The notes under the pieces are model-generated. The model saw nothing but the letters and a program-made list of their open reading frames with translations, was not told where the DNA came from and searched no databases. From NCBI GenBank assembly GCA_022843165.1, contig JALHOD010000014.1, positions 20,035-84,034 of the forward strand: a stretch of DNA of 64,000 bases. Reading direction: 5' to 3'. Shown here piece by piece: positions 37,585-45,759 of the stretch (position 1 is the stretch's first letter; each line of letters opens with the position of its first letter). The stretch is from Pseudorhodoplanes sp. (GTDB lineage: Bacteria; Pseudomonadota; Alphaproteobacteria; Rhizobiales; Xanthobacteraceae). Both the position numbers and the translations under genes were made by a program.

Positions 37585-39270
37585 ATGACCGACAGCAGAT
37601 TGCAGGCCAGTGTCGTTATCGTCGGAGCGGGTCCGGTCGGCTTGACCCTCGCGATGGACCTCGCCTGGCGGGGCATCGACGTCATCGTGGCGGAAACGCG
37701 CTATCCCGGCGAGCCGCCGAGCGTGAAATGCAATCACGTCTCCGCGCGCTCGATGGAGGTCTTTCGCCGTCTCGGGCTCGCGCAAAAAGTCCGCGACGCC
37801 GGACTGCCCGCCGATTATCCGAACGACGCGTCCTACCGCACCACCTCGACCGGCATCGAACTGGCGAGGATTCCGATTCCCGCGCGCGACAAGCGCTACA
37901 CCGCGAAGGGCGGCCCCGACACGTGGTGGCCGACATCCGAGCCGCCGCACCGCATCAACCAGATCTATCTGGAACCGATCCTGTTCGCGCATGCCGCTGC
38001 CATGCCGGGCGTGCGGATTCTGAATCGGACCCAGATCGAGGATTTCACACAGAATGACGGCGGCGCGTCCGCCACCGCGCGCGATCTCGACAGCGGCGAG
38101 ACGTTCGACATTGCCGCCAAGTATCTTGTCGGCTGCGACGGCGGCCGCTCCATCATTCGCCGCAAGATCGGCGCGCAGCTGTCCGGCACACCAGTGATCC
38201 AGCGCGTGCAATCGACCTATATCCGCGCCCCGAAACTCCTGTCGATGATGCCGGGCGAACGCGCCTGGATGTATCTGTCGCTCAACCCGCGCCGTACCGG
38301 CACCGTGATCGCCATCGACGGCAAGGAAACCTGGCTGATCCACAATCACCTGTACGATGGAGAACCGGAATTCGATACCATCGACCGCGACTGGGCGTTG
38401 CGCACGATTCTCGGAGTCGGCGCGGATTTCGAATATGAAATCCTATCCAAGGAAGACTGGGTCGGACGCCGGCTGGTGGCGGATAAATTCCGCGACCGTC
38501 GCGCTTTCATCTGCGGCGACGCCGCGCATCTGTGGATCCCCTATGCCGGCTACGGCATGAATGCCGGCATCGCCGACGCGATGAACCTGTCCTGGATGCT
38601 GGCTGCGACGCTGAAAGGCTGGGCTGCGCCGGAGATTCTGGATGCCTATGAAAAGGAACGCCAGCCGATCACCGAACAGGTTTCGCATTTCGCGATGGAC
38701 ATGGCGCTGAAAAACATGAAGCAGCGCCGCTCCACGCCGCCGGAGGTGGAATTGCCCGGCCCTGAAGGCGATGCGGTGCGCGCGCGCATCGGACAGGAAG
38801 CCTACGATCTGAATGTGAACCAGTATTGCTGCGGCGGACTGAATTTCGGCTACTTCTACAAGGACTCACCCGTCATCGCCTATGACGGCGCCGAGCCGCC
38901 CGCCTACACCATGTACGACTTCACGCCCTCCACGGTTCCCGGCTGCCGTGCGCCGCATCTGTCGCTCGACGACGGGCGTCCGCTCTACGACGCATTGGGA
39001 CCGGATTACACCTTGCTGCGTTTCGATCCAGAGGTGGACGTGGCTGGGCTGGTCGCGGCCGCGCGCCGGCAGGGGGTTCCGCTGGTGCTGCTCGACGTGG
39101 CGGCCGCGGATGCGGCCACGCTCTATCCGCACAAACTTGCGTTGGTGCGCCCCGACCAGCATATCGGCTGGCGCGGCGACCGGGAGCCGTCCGATCCGTC
39201 AGCACTGATCGATCTGATCCGCGGCGCGGCCGGAGCATCCGCGCGCAAGCGATCCGACATCGCCGCCTGA
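37585..39270 (+). CDS. FAD-dependent aromatic-ring monooxygenase (PheA/TfdB-like)
   Basis: GxGxxG as VIVGAGPVGLTLA, and DG/GD motifs GCDGGRS and FICGDAAHLWIPYAGYGMNAGIADA. Confidence 0.85.
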   Translation: MTDSRLQASVVIVGAGPVGLTLAMDLAWRGIDVIVAETRYPGEPPSVKCNHVSARSMEVFRRLGLAQKVRDAGLPADYPNDASYRTTSTGIELARIPIPARDKRYTAKGGPDTWWPTSEPPHRINQIYLEPILFAHAAAMPGVRILNRTQIEDFTQNDGGASATARDLDSGETFDIAAKYLVGCDGGRSIIRRKIGAQLSGTPVIQRVQSTYIRAPKLLSMMPGERAWMYLSLNPRRTGTVIAIDGKETWLIHNHLYDGEPEFDTIDRDWALRTILGVGADFEYEILSKEDWVGRRLVADKFRDRRAFICGDAAHLWIPYAGYGMNAGIADAMNLSWMLAATLKGWAAPEILDAYEKERQPITEQVSHFAMDMALKNMKQRRSTPPEVELPGPEGDAVRARIGQEAYDLNVNQYCCGGLNFGYFYKDSPVIAYDGAEPPAYTMYDFTPSTVPGCRAPHLSLDDGRPLYDALGPDYTLLRFDPEVDVAGLVAAARRQGVPLVLLDVAAADAATLYPHKLALVRPDQHIGWRGDREPSDPSALIDLIRGAAGASARKRSDIAA

Positions 39271-39328
39271 TGTTGCGATCGGCGCTTGCGGCGGACTAAG
39301 CTGCACCAGGACCAGCGGTGGAATCGAC

Positions 39329-39910
39329 ATGCGTTTTTTCATTCTGGCTGTCATCGCGTGCGGAGTGGCGGCCGGTCCGGCTTTCGCGCATAGCGAGGGC
39401 GGGCTGGCGGGAGGATTTTCCGGCGGCTTCCTGCATCCCCTATTCGGCCTCGACCATGTCGTCGCGATGGTGGCGGTGGGTTTGTGGGGTGCGTTTCTCG
39501 GCGCCCCGGCGATATTCCTGCTGCCGATCGTGTTCCCGCTGGTCATGGCGCTGGGCGGCATACTCGGCATTCTCGGCATCCCGCTGCCCGGAGTCGAGAT
39601 CGGCATCGCCGCATCGGCGGTGGTGCTCGGCCTGATGGTGGCGCTGGCGGCCAAGCCGCGTCTTGCCATCGCTGCCGTGCTGGTCGGTCTTTTCGCGATT
39701 TTTCACGGCTATGCGCATGGCGCCGAACTGCCGGACGGCGCCGACGCGGTCGCCTATTCGCTCGGTTTTGTCATCGCCACCGGATTGCTGCATCTCGCCG
39801 GCATCGCCTTCGGCCTGCTGGCGCAATGGCCCTCCGGACGCTTCGCGGTGCGCGCGGCAGGGAGCGCCATCGCGATCACCGGCCTGGTGTTTCTCGGCCG
39901 GCTGATATGA
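39329..39910 (+). CDS. hupE: HupE/UreJ family metal (Ni/Co) transporter
   Basis: Signal peptide ending AFAH, with HPLFGLDH and FHGYAHGAE signature motifs. Confidence 0.85.
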   Translation: MRFFILAVIACGVAAGPAFAHSEGGLAGGFSGGFLHPLFGLDHVVAMVAVGLWGAFLGAPAIFLLPIVFPLVMALGGILGILGIPLPGVEIGIAASAVVLGLMVALAAKPRLAIAAVLVGLFAIFHGYAHGAELPDGADAVAYSLGFVIATGLLHLAGIAFGLLAQWPSGRFAVRAAGSAIAITGLVFLGRLI

Positions 39911-40494
39911 CCCTGCGCCGCGCGGCGCTCGCGATCGTGTTCTGCATGACAAGCGCCTCCGCGCAGGCGCATACCGTCGTCGCAGGCGTCGGGGGCTTTG
40001 CGGGCGGACTGCTGCATCCCCTGCTGGTGCCTGCGCATGTCCTTGTGCTGCTGACACTGGGCCTGATCGCCGGGCAACAAAGTGCCGCGCACCGGCGAAT
40101 CCTGATCCCGCTGCTGCCGGTCGCATTGATTGCGGCCGTGATTCTGATCGTGCGCGCGGCCGCGTTCGACTCGCAGAACTCTCTGCTCGCTCTGTGTGCG
40201 ATCTGCGGCCTGCTGCTGGCGCTGGCCCGACCGCTCCCGGTGATCGTCCCGGGGGCGCTGATCGCCGCCGGCGGCGTTCTGCTGATGCTGGATTCGGTGC
40301 CGGCGCTGATTTCAGTGCAGGACACGCTGGTCGCCCTCACCGGCACGGCATTCAGCGCCCTCGTCCTGTTTATCCTGTTTGTGGCACTCTCGGCCCGGCT
40401 GAATCAGCCCTGGCAGCAGACCGGCCGGCGCATCGTCGGCTCCTGGGCCGCCGCCAGCGCGATCCTGGTGCTGGCGCTGCGCCTCGTGAAATAG
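39907..40494 (+). CDS. HupE/UreJ-like degenerate paralog
   Basis: ATG 39907 overlaps the hupE stop (ATGA). It has the same topology and an N-terminal AQAH...GGLLHPLLVPAH. It lacks the GxDH aspartate and the FHGxxHGxE motif. Confidence 0.6.
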   Translation: MTLRRAALAIVFCMTSASAQAHTVVAGVGGFAGGLLHPLLVPAHVLVLLTLGLIAGQQSAAHRRILIPLLPVALIAAVILIVRAAAFDSQNSLLALCAICGLLLALARPLPVIVPGALIAAGGVLLMLDSVPALISVQDTLVALTGTAFSALVLFILFVALSARLNQPWQQTGRRIVGSWAAASAILVLALRLVK

Positions 40495-40558
40495 GGATGC
40501 TTGCCAAACAAGGGGCTTTTTGCTGGATTGCGCCCGACCCAGGTCCCCGGAGAGCCGA

Positions 40559-40795
40559 ATGATCCCGTTTTTCGTCCAGATCAAATGCCAGCTCGGCAAG
40601 TCCTATGACGTTGCCAACCGGCTCGCGGACTCCGAGATCGCCTCGGAAATCTATTCGACCGCGGGCGAATTCGACCTTCTGGCGAAATTCTACGTCGATC
40701 CGTCGATGGATATCGGGCATTTCGTGAATGAAAAGGTGCAGATCATTCCCGGCATCCAGGACACCCGCACCATCATCACCTTCAAGGCATTCTGA
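40559..40795 (+). CDS. Stand-alone Lrp/AsnC ligand-binding (RAM) domain protein
   Basis: 78 aa, MIPFFVQIKCQLGKSYDVANRL...GEFDLLAKFYV. No HTH domain. Confidence 0.75.
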   Translation: MIPFFVQIKCQLGKSYDVANRLADSEIASEIYSTAGEFDLLAKFYVDPSMDIGHFVNEKVQIIPGIQDTRTIITFKAF

Positions 40796-40798
40796 TTT

Positions 40799-41725
40799 TC
40801 AGCCGACGCCGGGCGGCCCTTCCGGCTCGGGCGGCCGCCTGAGACCGAGCTGGCGCTCGCGGAAAATCACGAACAGGCCGGCGGCGGCGACAATCGCCGC
40901 GCCGGCAAAGACCAGCGGCACCGGCACCTCGCCGAACATCACATAGCCGAGCACCAGCGCCCATACCATCGCGGTATAGCCAAAGGGCGCCACCACCGAT
41001 TGCGGCGCATGGCGATAACTTTCCGTGAGCAGGATATGCGCGAGACCGCCGAGAATGCCGGTCGCGATCAACGCGGCGAGTTCCACCGGCGCGGGCCAGA
41101 TCCATCCGAACGGCAGCGTCAGCAATCCGCCCAGAGCGCAGATCAGCGAGAAGTAGAACACGATCGACGGAGTCGCCTCGGTGTCGGTGAGGCGCCGGGT
41201 CTGGATCACCGCCCCGGCATTGAAGACCGCCGCCGTGATCGCAAACAGCGCGCCGACGGTTGCCACCGTGCTCGCGGTGCCGGAGAAACGCGATGCATCG
41301 AATTGCGGCCACAGCATCACGAGGATGCCGACAAATCCGGCGATCACTGCCGACCAGCGATAAATCCGCACGCGCTCCTTGAGAAAAATCGCAGCAAAGG
41401 CGACCGTGATCAGCGGCGACGCGAACGAAAAGGCGGTGGCGTCGACCAGCGGCAGTCGCGCGAGCGAGGCGAAATTGCAGAACATGCCGGCGACGCCGAA
41501 CAGGCCGCGTCCGATATGCCCGAATGGCCGCCTGGTATGCACCGCGGCATAAAGCTCGCGCCGGATGGCATAGATCAGAAGAACCGGAACGATGGCAAAG
41601 GCGGCGCGGAAAAACACCACCTGCCCGACCGGCGCGGTCGCGCCAGTGAACCGCACGAGCGCCGACATCGCCGCAAACAGGAACGCGGCGACAAGGGTGA
41701 GAAAGACGGCCTTGTAGAGATTCAT
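40799..41725 (-). CDS. DMT/EamA family transporter
   Basis: 10 TM segments in two EamA-like halves. Confidence 0.85.
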   Translation of the reverse strand: MNLYKAVFLTLVAAFLFAAMSALVRFTGATAPVGQVVFFRAAFAIVPVLLIYAIRRELYAAVHTRRPFGHIGRGLFGVAGMFCNFASLARLPLVDATAFSFASPLITVAFAAIFLKERVRIYRWSAVIAGFVGILVMLWPQFDASRFSGTASTVATVGALFAITAAVFNAGAVIQTRRLTDTEATPSIVFYFSLICALGGLLTLPFGWIWPAPVELAALIATGILGGLAHILLTESYRHAPQSVVAPFGYTAMVWALVLGYVMFGEVPVPLVFAGAAIVAAAGLFVIFRERQLGLRRPPEPEGPPGVG

Positions 41726-41837
41726 CGGCGGATGCAGCCAACAGCCAAGGCTGGATGCCCCGGTCCCGGCACCCTCCTCTCGCCGATGATCACGGCGAGA
41801 GCAAGAGGGCCCGCCGCATGGGACGGCTGCGCCGCCC

Positions 41838-42755
41838 TCACTTCTTCTGCGGACGCGGCGGACCTTCGACCGGAGCCAGCGATTTCAGATACACCGCCAT
41901 CGCCATGCGGTCTTCCGGAGAAAGCTGCGAGGTGTTGCGGATCACAGGCGTCATGGAACCGCCGACCGAATCGCCGTCCGGCGTGCTGCCGCTTTCCAGC
42001 AGATAGGCGATGTCCTTGTCGCTCCAGTCCTTCAGGCGCGCCTGGGTGATGTTGGGCACCCAGCCCTCACCCTCCGGATTTGGACCGCCGGCAAAACGCT
42101 TGCCGGACTGAATGCCGCCCAGGATGTTTCGAGGAGAATGGCATTCCGCGCAGTGGCCGGGACCGTTCACCAGATAAGCGCCGCGGTTCCATTGCGCCGT
42201 CTTGGAGGCGTCGGGGCGGAACGTCTCGCTGCCAAGGAACAGCAATTTCCAGCCGCCCAGCGAGCGACGGACATTGAACGGAAACGGCACGTCGTGATCG
42301 CGCACTTTGCCCTGCACCGCAGGCAGCGTCTTCATATACGCGAACAGGTCGCGCAGGTCGGACGTGCCAATGAGGCGGTAGGACGTATAGGGAAAAGCCG
42401 GGAAATAATGTTGGCCATCGGGAGATGTGCCCTTGAGCATGGCGGTGACGAACTGCGCCTCGGTCCAGGCGCCAATGCCATCCTTTGGATCTGACGAGAC
42501 ATTCGGAACGTAAAAAGTCCCGAACGGAGATTTCAGGCCGAGCCCGCCGCCGAGCCGCGTGCGATCGTCCTGCCCGGGCGTCGCATGGCAAGATGCGCAA
42601 CCGCCGGCATAGAACATGGTCTTGCCGTTCTCGAGATTGGGCTGATGCGCCGCCAGCGCCGAGGCCGGTACCGTCACCGGGATGGTCAGGAACCAGAACA
42701 GCGCAAGCCCGACAACGCCCGCGATGACCGCCAGAACGAAAAGCTTGCGCAACAT
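41838..42755 (-). CDS. Membrane-anchored dihaem c-type cytochrome
   Basis: N-terminal TM helix and two CxxCH motifs (CASCH, CAECH). Confidence 0.85.
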   Translation of the reverse strand: MLRKLFVLAVIAGVVGLALFWFLTIPVTVPASALAAHQPNLENGKTMFYAGGCASCHATPGQDDRTRLGGGLGLKSPFGTFYVPNVSSDPKDGIGAWTEAQFVTAMLKGTSPDGQHYFPAFPYTSYRLIGTSDLRDLFAYMKTLPAVQGKVRDHDVPFPFNVRRSLGGWKLLFLGSETFRPDASKTAQWNRGAYLVNGPGHCAECHSPRNILGGIQSGKRFAGGPNPEGEGWVPNITQARLKDWSDKDIAYLLESGSTPDGDSVGGSMTPVIRNTSQLSPEDRMAMAVYLKSLAPVEGPPRPQKK

Positions 42756-42800
42756 CCCTGTCTCCCGATTCCAATTATTCTAGGCTGCGACAGTGCACCG

Positions 42801-42839
42801 AAAAAGCCAAGGGCGGCGCGTCATGGACGGCCGCCCTGG
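42801..42839 (-). terminator. Probable terminator after the cytochrome c-556/c' gene
   Basis: The minus strand reads ccagggcggc-12 nt loop-gccgcccttgg followed by ctttttc. The stem has one bulge. Confidence 0.5.
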
Positions 42840-42863
42840 AATTCGACCAGAAATACGGGACGC

Positions 42864-43301
42864 TTACTTCTTGATGCGGTAGGTCTCGTGGCAGGCGCCG
42901 CAATTCTTGCCCATGGCTCCAAACGCGGTCTTGAAGCTGTCAAGATCCTTCACCGAAGCCTGCGCGGCCTTGGCTTCCGCCTCGAACTTGGCAAAGCCCG
43001 CCTTGAAGCCGTTCATGTCTTCCCAGATCTTGGGAGCGGCGGTGGTCTCGCCGCCGGTCTTGGAATCGTCGGGGAACAGCGACGGCATCTTGCCAGCAAC
43101 GCTGGCATAGGTTGCGAAAATCGCCTGCGCCTTCGCCAGATCGAACGGCACCTCGCCCTTGGCGAATTGGGCGCCGACGCGGGCCTGGCCGCCCACGCTC
43201 TTCATCAACTCCTTGCGCTGCGAAATGGGATCGGATTGGGCGATGACCGCCGTGGCGCTGAAAGCAATGGCTACGACAACGCAAGCAGTACGAATAAGCA
43301 T
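42864..43301 (-). CDS. Class II cytochrome c (c-556 / c-prime family)
   Basis: Signal peptide, four-helix-bundle length (145 aa), C-terminal CGACHETYR haem site, and an N-terminal Met (ELMKSVGG) as a possible sixth ligand. Confidence 0.85.
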   Translation of the reverse strand: MLIRTACVVVAIAFSATAVIAQSDPISQRKELMKSVGGQARVGAQFAKGEVPFDLAKAQAIFATYASVAGKMPSLFPDDSKTGGETTAAPKIWEDMNGFKAGFAKFEAEAKAAQASVKDLDSFKTAFGAMGKNCGACHETYRIKK

Positions 43302-43327
43302 GGGAAATTCCCCCTGTTTGACCGCAT

Positions 43328-43358
43328 AAAAAGAGGCGACGGCAGACGGCTGCCGTCG
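43328..43358 (-). terminator. Probable terminator after the CoxL-like gene
   Basis: The minus strand reads cgacggcag-ccgt-ctgccgtcg, then cctcttttta. A second palindrome ttcacga-ag-tcgtgaa lies at about 43415-43432. Confidence 0.55.
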
Positions 43359-43444
43359 GGACAACACCGCTTTTACTTTGTTATTCCTCAAAAGTGACAC
43401 GGCAAAATAACGGCGGTGGGCTTCACGAAGTCGTGAACCTGAAT

Positions 43445-45745
43445 TCACAGTCTTAGCTGGCGCTTGCCCTCTTCGAGCGCGGCCCAGACCCGCGCGGGCG
43501 TCGCAGGCATGTCGAGATGTCCGACCCGGTAGCTGCGCCAGAGCGCGTCCACAATCGCATTCATGATCGCCGGGCACGATCCGATCGCCCCTGCCTCGCC
43601 GGCGCCCTTGAAGCCGAGCGGATTGTTCTTGCAGGGGACGTTACGGGTCTCGAACAGGAAATCCGGCATCCGCAGCGCCCGCGGCAGCGCATAGTCCATC
43701 AGGCTGGCCGTCAGAAGCTGGCCCGAATCGCGGTCGTAGATCGTGTCTTCCATCAGCGCCTGGCCGATACCCTGCACGGCGCCGCCATGTACCTGGCCGG
43801 CCAGCAACAGCGGGTTCAGCGTCACGCCGAAATCGTCGACCACGACGTATTTGATGATTTCGGTATCGCCGGTGGCTTCGTCGATCTCGATTTCCGCGAT
43901 ATGGGTGCCGTTCGGAAAGGTCGAGCCTTCCGGTTTGTAGGCGTCCGCCGTGTTCAGCTTGTCTTCGGTCGCGTCAGGCCGTTTGGCCAGATCCGGAAAG
44001 GAAATCGCGCGGTCGGTGCCAGCCACACGGACCGCGCCGTCGCCGAATTCCAGGTCGCCCGGACTCGCTTCCAGCACATCGGCCGCGATCTCCTTGAGAT
44101 TGTCCGCGAGTTTCTTCGCAGCCAGCGACACCGATGCGCCGCCGGCGGGAATCGAACTCGACCCACCCGTCCCCTCGCCCGTCGCGATGCGGTCGGTGTC
44201 GCCCTGGATCATGCGGAAGCGATCGGGCGAAATGCCGAGATGGTCGGCGACGATTTGCGCATAGGACGTCGCATGTCCCTGCCCGGTGGATTGCGTGCCG
44301 ATGGCCAAGGTCACCGTGCCGTCCTTTTCCAGCTTCAGGTTCGCAGTTTCAGGACCGTTGGCGCCGCAGGCTTCAATATAGCTGGCAATCCCGATGCCGC
44401 GCAGCTTGCCTTTGCGTCTGGCCGCCGCCGCCCGTTTCTTGAAACCGTCCCAGTCCGCCATGTCCTGCGCCCGCGCCAGATGCCCGGCGAATTCCCCGGT
44501 GTCATAAATCTTTCCGGTCGGCGTCTCGTAAGGCATCTGCTTCGGCTTGATGAAATTCTTCCGCCGCAATGCGTCGGGACTCGTGTTCAGTTCGCGCGCT
44601 GCATTGTCGACCAGACGCTCGATCACATAGGACGCTTCCGGGCGTCCCGCGCCACGATAAGCGTCGACCGGAACCGTGTTGGTATAGGCCGCGCGCACGC
44701 GAATGAAGCAGACCGGAATGTCATACACACCCGGCAGCATCGGCGCGCCGACGTAAGGAATGTAAGGCGCATAAGTGGACAGATAGGCTCCCATATCCGC
44801 GATCAGATCGACGTCGAGCGCCAGAAACCGGCCCTTCGCGTCGAGCGCCAGACGCGCCGTTGTGATGTTGTCGCGGCCCTGCGTATCGGCCAGAAAATGC
44901 TCGCTGCGATCGGCCACCCATTTCACCGGCCGGCCGATCGCCTTGGCGGCCACAGCCGCCAAGGCATATTCGCGATAGGCGAACAGCTTGGTGCCGAAGC
45001 CGCCGCCGACATCGGGGGTCACCACGCGGATCTTCTCGTCCGGGAGTTTCAAAACCTCGCGCCCGATCACGTCCCGGATGATGTGGCTGCCCTGGCTGCC
45101 GAGCGTAAGCGTCGTGCGGTCGCGGCCCGGATCGTATTCGGCGACAACACCGCGGGTTTCCATGTAGTTGGTGACCACACGCGGGTTGACGACCTTCAGC
45201 GAGACGATGCGCGCCGCCTGTGAAAAGACCTTTTCCGTCTTCGCCTGATCGCCGAACGTCGTCTCAAAGGACAGATTGCCCGGCCGGTTCGGCCAGACGA
45301 GCGGAGCGCCCGGTTTCAGCGCGGCTTCAGCGTTGGTAATGTGCGGAAGCGGTTGCCAGTCGATGATGATTTTTTCCGCCGCATCGCGCGCCTGATCGAG
45401 CGTATCCGCGACGACAAAGGCCACGGCGTCGCCGACATGATGGACTTCATCCACGGCCAGGACCGGGCATGGCGGCACCACCATCTCGAGGCCCGGCACG
45501 CCGACCACGCAGGGCATATGCCCGAGATGGGCGGTTTCGCTGGCCGTCAGGACCAGACGCACGCCGGCGCTTTTGCGCGCCGCGTCGACATCGACGATCC
45601 TGAAACGGGCATGGGCGTGTGGCGACCGCAAGACAGCCGCGTGAGCCAGCCCGTCGGGTGCGTAATCGGCGACATAGTGGCCGGCACCGCGGATGAGCGG
45701 GTCGTCTTCCTTGCGAACCAGAGCCTGACCGACGCCGAATTTCAT
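43445..45745 (-). CDS. Xanthine-dehydrogenase-family molybdopterin-binding subunit, form-II CoxL-like
   Basis: N-terminus MKFGVGQALVRKEDDPLIRG. The AYRGAGR active-site loop is encoded at 44642-44662. 766 aa. ATG 45745 with an RBS gaagg; the 915-aa track ORF is an over-extension. Confidence 0.85.
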   Translation of the reverse strand: MKFGVGQALVRKEDDPLIRGAGHYVADYAPDGLAHAAVLRSPHAHARFRIVDVDAARKSAGVRLVLTASETAHLGHMPCVVGVPGLEMVVPPCPVLAVDEVHHVGDAVAFVVADTLDQARDAAEKIIIDWQPLPHITNAEAALKPGAPLVWPNRPGNLSFETTFGDQAKTEKVFSQAARIVSLKVVNPRVVTNYMETRGVVAEYDPGRDRTTLTLGSQGSHIIRDVIGREVLKLPDEKIRVVTPDVGGGFGTKLFAYREYALAAVAAKAIGRPVKWVADRSEHFLADTQGRDNITTARLALDAKGRFLALDVDLIADMGAYLSTYAPYIPYVGAPMLPGVYDIPVCFIRVRAAYTNTVPVDAYRGAGRPEASYVIERLVDNAARELNTSPDALRRKNFIKPKQMPYETPTGKIYDTGEFAGHLARAQDMADWDGFKKRAAAARRKGKLRGIGIASYIEACGANGPETANLKLEKDGTVTLAIGTQSTGQGHATSYAQIVADHLGISPDRFRMIQGDTDRIATGEGTGGSSSIPAGGASVSLAAKKLADNLKEIAADVLEASPGDLEFGDGAVRVAGTDRAISFPDLAKRPDATEDKLNTADAYKPEGSTFPNGTHIAEIEIDEATGDTEIIKYVVVDDFGVTLNPLLLAGQVHGGAVQGIGQALMEDTIYDRDSGQLLTASLMDYALPRALRMPDFLFETRNVPCKNNPLGFKGAGEAGAIGSCPAIMNAIVDALWRSYRVGHLDMPATPARVWAALEEGKRQLRL

Positions 45746-45759
45746 GACTGCGCCTTCTC

